64,000 nt of DNA, from contig CAIOPG010000007.1 in the NCBI GenBank assembly GCA_903860135.1, positions 2,100 through 66,099 of the forward strand, given 5' to 3'. Under the pieces are notes generated by a model, which was given only the letters and a program-made list of their open reading frames with translations, ran no database searches and was not told the DNA's origin. How positions within the stretch are numbered: the stretch's first letter is position 1; every line of letters begins with the position of its first letter. Shown piece after piece: positions 36,818 through 46,510 of the stretch. This DNA comes from Candidatus Omnitrophota bacterium (GTDB lineage: Bacteria > Omnitrophota > Gorgyraeia > Zapsychrales > Fredricksoniimonadaceae). A program made the translations under genes and the position numbers.

Positions 36818-37905
36818 TGAGGCCCACGGCTATCGATCCTGCCTTTTGGCGGAACAAGAATGTTCTTTTGACCGGACATACTGGTTTTAAAGGAGCGTGG
36901 CTTTCTTTATGGCTTGCCCATATCGGTGCCAGGGTGACAGGCGTTGCGTTACCCCCGCCGACAAAGCCCTCTCTTTTTCGTGCCGCGGAAGTGGACAAGC
37001 TTTTGGCAGCTTCGGTTATCCTGGATATCCGCGACCGCCAGAAACTTGTACGTCTTTTTAAAAAAGTAAAACCTCAGATCGTGATTCATATGGCGGCCCA
37101 GCCTTTGGTGCGGGCGTCGTACCTTGATCCTGTCCTGACGTATGAGACTAATGTGATGGGTACGGTAAATCTTCTTGAAGCAACGCGCGCTGTTTCAACT
37201 GTGCGTGCGGTTGTTAATGTGACGACGGACAAGTGTTATGAGAATATTGAGTCCGATAGAGGCTATCGAGAGGGTGATCCTCTGGGTGGTTATGATCCGT
37301 ATTCCAGCAGTAAGGCATGCGCCGAGATTGTGACAGCTGCGTATAGAAGGTCTTTTTTTAGTTCCAAGGAGTATGTCAAACACGGCGTGGCTATGGCTAC
37401 GGCGCGTGCCGGCAATGTGATCGGCGGCGGGGATTGGGCGAAAGACCGTCTTGTTCCTGATTGTATCCGTTCCTTGATGAAGGGGAAGGATATTATTCTT
37501 CGTCATCCACAAGCGGTGCGGCCCTGGCAGCATGTTTTGGAGCCGCTTTGTGGCTATTTGATGCTGGCGCAGAAACTTTTTCTGAAAGGTCCCGCATTTG
37601 CTTTGGGCTGGAATTTTGGTCCCGAACGCAAGGATGTCTTGACGGTAAAACGTGTTGCTGAATTAACGGCAGACGGGTGGGGCGCTGCTTCTAGTGTTAA
37701 GATTGCACCCGGCCGGCATTTGCATGAAGCGAAACTTTTGATGCTGGACATTCGAAAAGCTAAGAAAGAATTGGGATGGAAACCTTGCCTGAGTGTTCAA
37801 CAGGCTTTATCGTTGACGACCGAGTGGTATCAGGCATGGGCGCAAGGTTCTGATATGCAGAGATTCTCATTAAAGCATATTGATGATTTTCAAAAGCGGC
37901 TGTAA
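36817..37905 (+). CDS. rfbG: CDP-glucose 4,6-dehydratase
   Basis: VLLTGHTGFKGAWLSLWL N-terminus and extended-SDR pattern; alternative upstream ATG at 36796 is possible. Confidence 0.85.
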   Translation: MRPTAIDPAFWRNKNVLLTGHTGFKGAWLSLWLAHIGARVTGVALPPPTKPSLFRAAEVDKLLAASVILDIRDRQKLVRLFKKVKPQIVIHMAAQPLVRASYLDPVLTYETNVMGTVNLLEATRAVSTVRAVVNVTTDKCYENIESDRGYREGDPLGGYDPYSSSKACAEIVTAAYRRSFFSSKEYVKHGVAMATARAGNVIGGGDWAKDRLVPDCIRSLMKGKDIILRHPQAVRPWQHVLEPLCGYLMLAQKLFLKGPAFALGWNFGPERKDVLTVKRVAELTADGWGAASSVKIAPGRHLHEAKLLMLDIRKAKKELGWKPCLSVQQALSLTTEWYQAWAQGSDMQRFSLKHIDDFQKRL

Positions 37906-37952
37906 GTGAGTGTAATTCAGTAAAGAATTATTGTTTCAATTAGAAGGGGATT

Positions 37953-38483
37953 ATGAAATTCAAGGATATCGGGTTGAATGGTGTTTTTTTGATTGAACTT
38001 GAAAAAAGAGAGGATGCTCGAGGATTCTTTGCAAGGGCATGGTGTCGGGAAGAATTTGCGCAGGCGGGACTTGTCCATGATATTGCGCAGGTCAATCTTT
38101 CATTTAATAAGGATAAAGGTACGGTGAGGGGGATGCATTATCAAAAGCCCCCGTATGAAGAAGTCAAGATCGTTTCCTGTGCTCAAGGCGCAATTTTTGA
38201 TGTTGTTATTGATGTCCGCGAAGATTCGCCAACAAAATTTCAGTGGTATGGCGTTGAACTTACGGCAGGCAATGGCAAAATGTTGTATGTTCCTAAAGGT
38301 TTTGCGCATGGTTATCAAACAATACAGGAAGAAACAGCGGTTATTTATTTTGTTTCACAGGCCTATGTCCCATCTTCGGAAAATGGAGTTCATTGGGCTG
38401 ACCCGCGCATGGGTGTTGAGTGGCCCATTGTCAATCAAGTTATAGTATCAGACAAGGATGCGGCTTGGCCGCTGGTGAGATGA
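37953..38483 (+). CDS. RmlC-like cupin: NDP-4-keto-6-deoxyhexose 3,5-epimerase family
   Basis: LIELEKREDARGFFARAW...GMHYQ...FVPKGFAHGYQT epimerase motifs. Confidence 0.8.
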   Translation: MKFKDIGLNGVFLIELEKREDARGFFARAWCREEFAQAGLVHDIAQVNLSFNKDKGTVRGMHYQKPPYEEVKIVSCAQGAIFDVVIDVREDSPTKFQWYGVELTAGNGKMLYVPKGFAHGYQTIQEETAVIYFVSQAYVPSSENGVHWADPRMGVEWPIVNQVIVSDKDAAWPLVR

Positions 38484-39427
38484 ATAACAGAGGCAGATTA
38501 TTTATTACGGGGGCGTCAGGATTTATCGGTTCTCATGTTGTCATGGAGGCCTTGCGTCGTGGATGGGAAGTGGCAGCCCTGGTTCGCAGGGGGGATGATG
38601 TGTGGCGGTTGGCAGGGAGCTTGGACAGGATCCGTATTCTTTATGGTGATCTTGATGAATTGAAGGGCTTCGCCGGTGAATTGACGGGATGGCGGCCAGA
38701 TGTGTGTATTCATTTGGCATGGAATGTAGAGCCAGGGTCATACCTTGAATCTTTGGATAATATTAAATGTTTGAACAACACCATTGAGCTTGAAAAGACC
38801 ATGTTTGATATGGGGTGTTCTATTTTTGTTGCGGCGGGGACTTGCGTGGAATATGGAGCATCGTTGGTGCCCATTTCTGAGGAAGCGCTTGCTGTGCCTC
38901 AAACTGTTTATGCCGCGGCGAAGCTTTCTGCTTGTATCCTGGGAGAGCAGATAGCCAAGAAGTATGGAAAAGTTTTTTCATGGGGGAGGATTTTCTTTGT
39001 GTATGGTCCTCGAGAAGATCGGCGACGCATGGTGCCAGGACTTATTTGTTCTTTGACTGAGGGGAAAGTATTTCAGGCAAGTGCAGGAGATCAGATCAGG
39101 GATTATCTGCATGTAGCGGATGTGGCCGCTGCATTCCTTGTTATTGTTGAGGCGAAAGCCAGTGGTGTTGTTAATATTTGTTCTAGTGTTGGGATCCCGG
39201 TTAGAGATATTATGTTGGAAATAAAGCGACAGATACCAACGGGGCAGATTGAGTTCGGCGCCATAGCGTTGAGGCCGACGTGGGATCCGGCCTGTGTTGT
39301 TGGAGATAACCGTTGCCTGCGGGCATTAGGGTGGGAGCCGGGTTACAGATTGAGTGAAGGTCTTGCTGATACGATTTCTTGGTGGGGGCAGCACTTGAAT
39401 AGTTCGCGTAAAGGCAACGTTTTATGA
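38480..39427 (+). CDS. NAD-dependent epimerase/dehydratase family (extended SDR; likely NDP-sugar 4-reductase/epimerase)
   Basis: LFITGASGFIGSHVV Rossmann motif; YAAAK catalytic pair; ATGA overlap with the upstream gene. Confidence 0.8.
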   Translation: MNNRGRLFITGASGFIGSHVVMEALRRGWEVAALVRRGDDVWRLAGSLDRIRILYGDLDELKGFAGELTGWRPDVCIHLAWNVEPGSYLESLDNIKCLNNTIELEKTMFDMGCSIFVAAGTCVEYGASLVPISEEALAVPQTVYAAAKLSACILGEQIAKKYGKVFSWGRIFFVYGPREDRRRMVPGLICSLTEGKVFQASAGDQIRDYLHVADVAAAFLVIVEAKASGVVNICSSVGIPVRDIMLEIKRQIPTGQIEFGAIALRPTWDPACVVGDNRCLRALGWEPGYRLSEGLADTISWWGQHLNSSRKGNVL

Positions 39428-40605
39428 AGTGCCCAGTATGCTTGGCATCAGATCATGAAGTTTTTTGGGAAAAAGCACAGGTCCCTGTTCTACAAAACGC
39501 ACCGCTTCCGGATGAAATTTCAGCGCGGTCGGTTGTTCGTGGTCGTTTGAAATTTGTATTATGCCGGGCATGTGGTTTTGCTTTTAATGCGGGGTATGTT
39601 TCTTCATTGATCAAGTACGATGAACAATATGACAATCAGCAAGGTTTCTCGGGTGTCTTTGCAAAGCATTTGCAGGGTCGTATCGAAAGATTGTTGGATC
39701 TTGGTGTCCGTGATCGGCGCATTGTTGAGATCGGGTGTGGTCAAGGGGAGTTCTTGAATGAGTTGGTGCAGAAGGCCGGCGGGCATACCGAGGGGGTTGG
39801 CTATGATCCGAGTTATGGCGGCGCGGAGGTGCTTCAGGGCGGTAAAGTTAGTTTTGTGAAAAGCTATTACGACCGGGAGTGTGTATCTGGTGCCTCGGAT
39901 ATTGTCCTTTGTCGGCATGTTATTGAACACATCGCTGGTCCGGTTGAGTTTTTGGGGATGATTGCCGCCACGCTTAAAGGTGTTGATTCACGGGTATATC
40001 TTGAAACGCCGTGTTTGGAGTGGATATTGCGCCGAGGGGTTGTGTGGGATCTTTTTTATGAACACTGTTCTCTTTTTACTGTTGGGTCTTTAAGAGTGGC
40101 GTTGGAAAGAAGTAATTTGTCAATGCTTGCGGCGAGTCATGTATTTGAGAAACAGTATTTGTGGGGCGAAGCAGGGATCGGCTCTGAAGCTGCTTTCTCT
40201 GGTTGTTATCAGCTGGAGATGGGAAGCTTATTAAACGCAGCGGCAGGCTTTAAGTTGCAACAGGAAAAAAATCTGGCAAGATGGAGCCATAAGCTTCAGC
40301 TATGGCATAAATCTTCAGGGCGGGTTGCCGTTTGGGGGGCTGGTGCTAAAGGTGTGACTTTTGTCAATATGGTTGATGGCGATAAGGAGTTGATAGATGT
40401 TGTGATTGATATTAATCCGAACAAGCAAGGTAAGTTTGTTCCGGGAACAGGGCATGAGATTATAGGTCCGCAAGAGATTATGAATAGAGGGATTCGCTGT
40501 GTTGTTGTTTTAAATCCGAATTATGTTGAGGAGATACGGCAGTTGTTAGTGTTGCAGGGGCTGCAGGGGAAGATAGTGCTGGAGAATTTGATGAGCGTAG
40601 ATTAA
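39424..40605 (+). CDS. NDP-hexose C-methyltransferase-like protein (N-terminal Zn-ribbon + class I SAM MTase + C-methyltransferase C-terminal domain; TylCIII-like architecture)
   Basis: CPVC...CRACGF zinc ribbon; VEIGCGQGEFL SAM motif I; long C-terminal Rossmann-like extension. Confidence 0.6.
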   Translation: MKCPVCLASDHEVFWEKAQVPVLQNAPLPDEISARSVVRGRLKFVLCRACGFAFNAGYVSSLIKYDEQYDNQQGFSGVFAKHLQGRIERLLDLGVRDRRIVEIGCGQGEFLNELVQKAGGHTEGVGYDPSYGGAEVLQGGKVSFVKSYYDRECVSGASDIVLCRHVIEHIAGPVEFLGMIAATLKGVDSRVYLETPCLEWILRRGVVWDLFYEHCSLFTVGSLRVALERSNLSMLAASHVFEKQYLWGEAGIGSEAAFSGCYQLEMGSLLNAAAGFKLQQEKNLARWSHKLQLWHKSSGRVAVWGAGAKGVTFVNMVDGDKELIDVVIDINPNKQGKFVPGTGHEIIGPQEIMNRGIRCVVVLNPNYVEEIRQLLVLQGLQGKIVLENLMSVD

Positions 40606-40672
40606 TGGCAGCATGTTAAGCGCAGCACTTCCCAATAACGAGAAGAAATAATACTACGGAGGGTCGGCAATC

Positions 40673-41749
40673 GTGTGGCAAAAAGAATTCTTAAAGAAGA
40701 GTGATGGCTTGAGAGAGTCTCTGGGTTATCAGAATTATCTTCGATATCGCCCGTTAATTGGTGCCATGATTGATGAGATGTTTGTTAAGAGTTCCTCGGC
40801 AAGTCGTTATTGGCAGGAGGAGATCGCCGGGTTTGAATATCTTTTTGATGCTTCGCCTGTTCTGATCGATGCATTTCGGCAGCATTGTTATCATTTGACG
40901 GGCATTCATTCGTATGCTTACCGCGACCACCATGCAAGGTTGAAAAACAAGATCGCACAAAAGCTTTCTATGTTTGGCAAAGAGAAAGGAGCTGCCGGCC
41001 TTTGCGTCCCTGAATCAGCCATGCTCGGCGGGTTTGGGTATGAAATAAAGGGGCAAAGGTATAATGCGGATACATTAAAATATTACGAAAACCTTATTGC
41101 CTTGAATAAGTATGGGGTTTTAGATAAATTACGGCAATGTTCGGATAGAAAAGTTGTTCTTGAAATCGGAGGGGGATGGGGCGGCCTTGCGTATCAGTTT
41201 AAGACGCTGTTCCCAAAGATTACGTATGTTATTGTTGATCTTCCCTTCACACTGCTTTTTTCTTCCATTTATTTAAGTACGGTTTTCCCAAGGGCGAAGA
41301 TCTTAATGTATGAGAAAGATACGATTCTTGAAAAGATGAAGGATATCGCGGGTATTGATTTTATTTTTCTTCCTCATTATTTCTTTGATGATATTAAAAT
41401 GAAGGATATTTTTCTTGCCATGAATACGTCTTCTTTTCAAGAAATGACCACCGAACAGGTAAGGAATTATGTTCATGGTCTAGCCGGTATGGGCTGTGAG
41501 TGGATATATTCCTACAACAGGGATGTCTCTCCCAATAATGATGAAATTTCTTCTGTAAGCAGTATCCTGGGTGAGTGCTATGACCTAAGACCGATTGAAT
41601 TTGATTATCATTTTAATGCAAGGCATCCTTTACTAAGTTACATGAAACGATTGTCATATCAGGTTAAGCGGAAATTTATTGTTTCAGCTGAGAGTGAGCG
41701 TTTGGAATACAAGCATTTATTAGGGACATTGAAAACTGCCAAGAGGTAA
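40673..41749 (+). CDS. Class I SAM-methyltransferase-like protein, paralog A of a three-member family in this window (putative sugar O-methyltransferase type)
   Basis: VLEIGGGWGGLAY motif I; shares the architecture G-rich motif ... VDLP ... FP.AKI ... F.EM ... NR with ORFs 55521 and 56576; GTG start after GGAGGG. Confidence 0.45.
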   Translation: MWQKEFLKKSDGLRESLGYQNYLRYRPLIGAMIDEMFVKSSSASRYWQEEIAGFEYLFDASPVLIDAFRQHCYHLTGIHSYAYRDHHARLKNKIAQKLSMFGKEKGAAGLCVPESAMLGGFGYEIKGQRYNADTLKYYENLIALNKYGVLDKLRQCSDRKVVLEIGGGWGGLAYQFKTLFPKITYVIVDLPFTLLFSSIYLSTVFPRAKILMYEKDTILEKMKDIAGIDFIFLPHYFFDDIKMKDIFLAMNTSSFQEMTTEQVRNYVHGLAGMGCEWIYSYNRDVSPNNDEISSVSSILGECYDLRPIEFDYHFNARHPLLSYMKRLSYQVKRKFIVSAESERLEYKHLLGTLKTAKR

Positions 41750-41765
41750 GCGGAGATAAAAGCAT

Positions 41766-42542
41766 ATGAAAATAATTATTGATACTGATGCGGGGCAGTT
41801 GACATTGGCCGGGCAGACCGGTGAAACAAAGAGTATTCCATTGTTTTCAAAAGAAGCCTTTGAGCTTGTTTCCAGAGAATGGGTAAGGGTCGGGTGGAAC
41901 CAAAAGTATCATTATACATTCAGTTGGCTTGGGAGGCCTGTTATTCAGTTGCCTGAGGATCTGATAAGGATTCAAGAGGTGATCTTTCGGATAAAGCCGG
42001 ATGTGATTATAGAAACAGGCGTCGCTCACGGCGGGTCATTGATTTATTATGCTTCGCTTTGTAAAGTTCTTGGTCATGGCAAAGTGATTGGGATTGATTT
42101 AGAGATCAGAGAGCATAATCGCAAGGCGATCCTGGCACATGAGCTTGCTCCTTATATTACGTTAATTCAAGGAGATTCAGTGGCGCCAGATGTTATTAGC
42201 CAGGTTTCTGGGCTTGTTGCCAAAAAAGACAAAGTCTTGATCCTGCTGGATTCATGTCATACCGCTGCGCATGTTCTTAAAGAATTGGAAGCATATGGGC
42301 TGCTGGTTTCTGAAGGTTCCTACATAGTGGCTACAGACGGGATCATGCGAGAACTTTCGGATGTCCCTCGTGGCAAGAAGGAATGGATATGGGATCATCC
42401 CGTATCTGCAGCAGAGGAGTTTTTAAAAAGGCATCCTGAGTTTGTTCAGGAGCAACCGTTATGGCCATTTAATGAGAGTCAGTTGGAGAGGAATATTACG
42501 CATTGGCCGCATGCGTATTTAAAACGTATCGCGCGGAAATAA
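41766..42542 (+). CDS. CmcI/cephalosporin-hydroxylase-family SAM-dependent O-methyltransferase (rhamnosyl O-methyltransferase-like)
   Basis: WLGRPVIQLPEDLIRIQEVIFRIKPDVIIETGVAHGGSLIYYA is the hallmark CmcI family core. Confidence 0.7.
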   Translation: MKIIIDTDAGQLTLAGQTGETKSIPLFSKEAFELVSREWVRVGWNQKYHYTFSWLGRPVIQLPEDLIRIQEVIFRIKPDVIIETGVAHGGSLIYYASLCKVLGHGKVIGIDLEIREHNRKAILAHELAPYITLIQGDSVAPDVISQVSGLVAKKDKVLILLDSCHTAAHVLKELEAYGLLVSEGSYIVATDGIMRELSDVPRGKKEWIWDHPVSAAEEFLKRHPEFVQEQPLWPFNESQLERNITHWPHAYLKRIARK

Positions 42543-42546
42543 TATT

Positions 42547-43425
42547 ATGAAAGAAGCACCCGGGGTCACAATAGGTCTTCCTGTTTTTAATGAAGAAGCA
42601 CGGATCAGCAGGTGCATGGATGCTCTTTTATGCCAGACATATAAGAATTTTAGATTGATCATTTCTGATAATGGATCTACAGATACCACACGGATAGCTT
42701 GTCAGCAATATCTAGATAAGGATTCTAGGATTCAATTGATTCGTCAGGATAAGAATATGGGAGCGTTCAATAATTTTATTTATGTACTTTCTCAGGCGAA
42801 AACCCCTTATTTTATGTGGGCGGCAGCTGATGATATGTGGTCTGCGAATTTTCTTGAAGAATTAGTTGCTGATCTGGAGCGTAAGCCTGATTGTGCTGTT
42901 ACGATGCCGGCTTTTGACAGGGTTGATGAAGAAGGCCGGAGGCTTGATACGGTCAAGTTTTCGTTAAACAAGGATGCGAAGCTGTATTTTCTTGGCATGG
43001 CCTGGGGTGTAGCCGGAGCGGTCAAATATAATTGTTATATGTATGGTTTGTTCCGCACGGAAATTCTTCAAAGGGCCGCAAGGGTTTTTATGAATGTGCC
43101 GGCGGGTGACAGGATTTTCATCAGCCAGTTGGCATTGGGTGTCAAGTTTTCTTGTGTGGATAAAGTTTTGTATTTTAAGACACTCAGGAAAAGATCAGCA
43201 GCCGTCAGGTATAAGGAAGAGGATTTTAGTATCCTGGCGCAAAGAAGGTTCGCTCCTTTTTATACAGCCATGAATTTTGTCCGGACGATATTTGCTTCTG
43301 AAATAGTGCCGTATCCCCGAAAGTTCCTGGGTATTCTCGTGGCGATCTTTTCATTGGGTTTTGCGGCTTATGCGTGGGCATATCTTTTGCTTAGAAAGAT
43401 CAAGAGAGGTATATGGAAGTTTTAG
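42547..43425 (+). CDS. Glycosyltransferase family 2
   Basis: VTIGLPVFNEEARISRCMDALLCQTY...ISDNGSTD...AADD motifs. Confidence 0.8.
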   Translation: MKEAPGVTIGLPVFNEEARISRCMDALLCQTYKNFRLIISDNGSTDTTRIACQQYLDKDSRIQLIRQDKNMGAFNNFIYVLSQAKTPYFMWAAADDMWSANFLEELVADLERKPDCAVTMPAFDRVDEEGRRLDTVKFSLNKDAKLYFLGMAWGVAGAVKYNCYMYGLFRTEILQRAARVFMNVPAGDRIFISQLALGVKFSCVDKVLYFKTLRKRSAAVRYKEEDFSILAQRRFAPFYTAMNFVRTIFASEIVPYPRKFLGILVAIFSLGFAAYAWAYLLLRKIKRGIWKF

Positions 43426-44111
43426 CCTTGATACCGGCGCGTGGCGGATCGCTGCGGGTGCCGAATAAGAATATTTTGCCTTTGAATGGCAAGCCATTGA
43501 TCACTTATACGATCAGTGCGGCCAGGGCAGCGCATCAGGTGACACGGACGCTTGTATCGACAGATTCAAAGGAGATCGCTGCTGTGGCCCGTTCAGCTGG
43601 CGCACAGGTTCCTTTTTTGAGGCCGTCAGGTATTGCTCAATCAGCGTCGACGGAGATGGAGTTTCTGATCCACGCGCTGGACTGGCTGAAAACACAGGAA
43701 GGGTATGTGCCGGATCTTCTGGTGATCCTTTATCCGACGTCTCCTTTTCGTACGGCGGCGTCGATTGATGCGGCGGTTGACAGAATGAAAGCTTCACCGG
43801 AAGCAGATTCCCTGCGGAGTGTCAGGCTATGTTCGGAACATCCGTACAAGATGTGGGTCATGCAGGAGGGCTTGTTGAAGCCGTTGATGGGGCATGCTGA
43901 CAGGAATGCGCACACATGGTCGTATCAATGTTTGCCGCAAGTTTATATCCAGAATGCGAGTATTTATATCACACGTCCGAGGACAATTCTGGAGAAGGGG
44001 AATCCTGTCGGGGATATTATTCTTCCTTTTGTCATGAGTGAAGAAGAATCGCTGGATGTGAATACGGCCCTGGATTTTGAAACGGCTGTCTTCTTGATGG
44101 GGAAACGATGA
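43413..44111 (+). CDS. CMP-nonulosonic/ulosonic acid synthetase (acylneuraminate cytidylyltransferase family, NeuA/KdsB-like)
   Basis: LALIPARGGSLRVPNKNILPLNGKPLITYTI N-terminal CTP-binding motif; 232 aa. Confidence 0.8.
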   Translation: MEVLALIPARGGSLRVPNKNILPLNGKPLITYTISAARAAHQVTRTLVSTDSKEIAAVARSAGAQVPFLRPSGIAQSASTEMEFLIHALDWLKTQEGYVPDLLVILYPTSPFRTAASIDAAVDRMKASPEADSLRSVRLCSEHPYKMWVMQEGLLKPLMGHADRNAHTWSYQCLPQVYIQNASIYITRPRTILEKGNPVGDIILPFVMSEEESLDVNTALDFETAVFLMGKR

Positions 44112-45442
44112 AGAAACTGATTTGTATATCTTCAGATATATTTATCCGCAATTATATGCTCAGCGGGGCGTTTAATGTACTGGAAGATGATGATACATTT
44201 TTTATTGTCAGCAACAGGGTCAAGAATCGGCATTGTTTTGAATCAAAAAAGAATTTTATGGGATATGTGGAAGAATTATCCTGGCGGGAACGTGCTTTTG
44301 AATGGCTGATCAATATTCAAATGATCCGTCATTTTGATCGTTCAAGAACGTTTCGTTTTCGTTTTAATCGGTATCCTTGGTCGCAGCGTCTGAAATATAT
44401 GTTCGCCGCGCTGCCAGGGTTGTCCTCTTTGGTTATGATGCTCTTGCGGCGTCATATCGGCGAGAATCAGAGTTTGCGTCGGTATTTAAAGGATGTTAGG
44501 CCGGAGGTAATGATCCTCCCGAGTGCGGCGGTTGGGCTTTTGGATTATGATGTGGCGCGTGAGTCAAAGGACCTGAAGATCAGGACATTATTTCTTGTGG
44601 ATGGATGGGATAACCTTTCCAGCAAGACTGTTTTTCTGGTCAAACCGGATTTTCTCGGCGTATGGGGGCCTCAAAGCCAGGCACATGCGCGCGTGATCCA
44701 TGATATGCCGCAAAGCCGTGTCTTTAACATAGGGACGCCGCGCTTTGATCATTATTTCCGAATTGCTGCGCCGGCGAGATTGAAGGCATATCCATTCCCG
44801 TATGTGCTTTTTGCCGGGAATGCGATTCCTTTTGATGAATTGTCAGCACTCCAAGCGCTCGATGCGGCCCTTGCTGGCAGCGGTATACCGGATGTCAGGA
44901 TCATTTATCGGCCTCATCCCTGGCGGCAGCAGCGTTGTTGTCCCGATTTGTTTCAGGAAGAGGATTTTAAGCGGATTGTGATAGATAAGACGGTGCGTGA
45001 GGCTTATTATATGGCGGCCAACGGCCAGCGGCGTGAGGCGTTCGCTGTCCTGCCGCCGCTGGATGAATATCCTTCATTGTTAGCTAACGCCCTTTGTGTC
45101 GTGTCACCATTGTCGACGATGATGATCGAAGCGGCTATTTTCAATACGCCGGTCCTTGCTTTGGCTTATGATGATGGGATCCATTATACAAGCCCGCACA
45201 ATGCGCTCAGGGAGTATGTTCATTTTGAAGGTGTTGAAAATTTGCCTGGATTTGTTTTGTGTCATAAGAAGCCGTGCCTTGAGCGTACTTTTCTTGAGGT
45301 CCTGGATGCTTGCCTGAAAAAGGGCAAGCCTGAAGGTATGCGGGAAAGCCTGCGGCAATATCTTTTTTTTGAAGAGCGGGTATACGCGCAGAGGCTGGCG
45401 GATGCCGTGCATGTTGTGGGGAGTGGGGCCGTTGCTATTTGA
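44108..45442 (+). CDS. Hypothetical GT-B-like protein with an HP motif; candidate CMP-sugar-dependent (sialyl/Kdo-type) glycosyltransferase
   Basis: IIYRPHPW motif resembles the CMP-binding HP motif of GT-B sialyltransferases and KpsC/KpsS-type transferases; immediately downstream of a CMP-sugar synthetase; otherwise no recognizable signature. Confidence 0.35.
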   Translation: MKKLICISSDIFIRNYMLSGAFNVLEDDDTFFIVSNRVKNRHCFESKKNFMGYVEELSWRERAFEWLINIQMIRHFDRSRTFRFRFNRYPWSQRLKYMFAALPGLSSLVMMLLRRHIGENQSLRRYLKDVRPEVMILPSAAVGLLDYDVARESKDLKIRTLFLVDGWDNLSSKTVFLVKPDFLGVWGPQSQAHARVIHDMPQSRVFNIGTPRFDHYFRIAAPARLKAYPFPYVLFAGNAIPFDELSALQALDAALAGSGIPDVRIIYRPHPWRQQRCCPDLFQEEDFKRIVIDKTVREAYYMAANGQRREAFAVLPPLDEYPSLLANALCVVSPLSTMMIEAAIFNTPVLALAYDDGIHYTSPHNALREYVHFEGVENLPGFVLCHKKPCLERTFLEVLDACLKKGKPEGMRESLRQYLFFEERVYAQRLADAVHVVGSGAVAI

Positions 45443-45510
45443 AGACAGGAAAAGGTACAGCGTATTGTACTGTAAGAAAATTTATCTGATGAATAATCAT
45501 GGAGGCAAGC

Positions 45511-46509
45511 ATGCTTAATGGTAAGTCAATTCTGGTCACAGGTGGCACCGGATCGTTCGGGCATAAGTTTACAGAGACGGTGTTGAAGAAATATAAACCG
45601 GCAAAGCTTATTATCTTTAGCCGCGATGAGTATAAACAATACGAGATGGCTAAACTTTTTCCTGAGCAGAAGTATGCGGCGATCCGTTATTTTATCGGTG
45701 ATGTCAGGGACAAGAGCCGGCTGCATCGCGCGTTCCAAGGGGTCGATTATGTGGTGCACGCCGCGGCATTGAAGCAGGTCCCGGCGCTGGAGTACAATCC
45801 GACCGAAGCTGTCCGCACGAATGTTGACGGGGCTAATAATATCGTGGATGCGGCTATTGATGCCGGGGTCAAGAAAGTGATCGCTTTGTCCACGGATAAA
45901 GCGGTTGGGCCTGCCAATCTCTATGGGGCGACGAAGCTTGTGGCGGAGAAGCTCTTTATCGCGGCTAATTCCTACAGCGGCGGATCGGTCAAGTTCTCGG
46001 CGGTGCGTTACGGCAATGTGGTCGGGTCGCGCGGCAGTGTGATCCCGTTTTTTATGGACCTTAAGGCGCAGGGCGTGAAAGAGTATCCGATTACAGATGA
46101 GCGGATGACGCGTTTTTGGATCACCTTGGATCAGGGGGTTGAACTGGTCCTTAAGGCGTTGACGGAATCCGTTGGCGGCGAGATCTTTATTCCCAAGATA
46201 CCATCGATGCGTGTGGTTGATCTGGCCAAGGCCTTGGAGCCTGGCTGTGTGCTCAAGGATATCGGTATCCGCCCGGGAGAGAAGATCCATGAGTCGCTTA
46301 TTTCCGAGGATGAGGCCAGGAAGGCCTTGGAATTTGATAATCATTTCATTGTGTTGCCGCAGTTCATGAAGACCGAGGAGATCGTCGCGAAATTCAAGGG
46401 CGGCAAGGCATTGCCTGACGGATTTATTTATCGCAGTGACTTGAACAAGGATTGGCTGAATATCGATCAACTCAAGATGATGGTGCGTAACTGGAAAATG
46501 GATATTTAG
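45511..46509 (+). CDS. UDP-GlcNAc 4,6-dehydratase of the PseB/LegB (FlaA1/CapD) family
   Basis: MLNGKSILVTGGTGSFG...IIFSRDEYKQ...(Y)AATK pattern typical of PseB; start at second ATG 45511 after GGAGG. Confidence 0.85.
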   Translation: MLNGKSILVTGGTGSFGHKFTETVLKKYKPAKLIIFSRDEYKQYEMAKLFPEQKYAAIRYFIGDVRDKSRLHRAFQGVDYVVHAAALKQVPALEYNPTEAVRTNVDGANNIVDAAIDAGVKKVIALSTDKAVGPANLYGATKLVAEKLFIAANSYSGGSVKFSAVRYGNVVGSRGSVIPFFMDLKAQGVKEYPITDERMTRFWITLDQGVELVLKALTESVGGEIFIPKIPSMRVVDLAKALEPGCVLKDIGIRPGEKIHESLISEDEARKALEFDNHFIVLPQFMKTEEIVAKFKGGKALPDGFIYRSDLNKDWLNIDQLKMMVRNWKMDI

Positions 46510-46510
46510 T

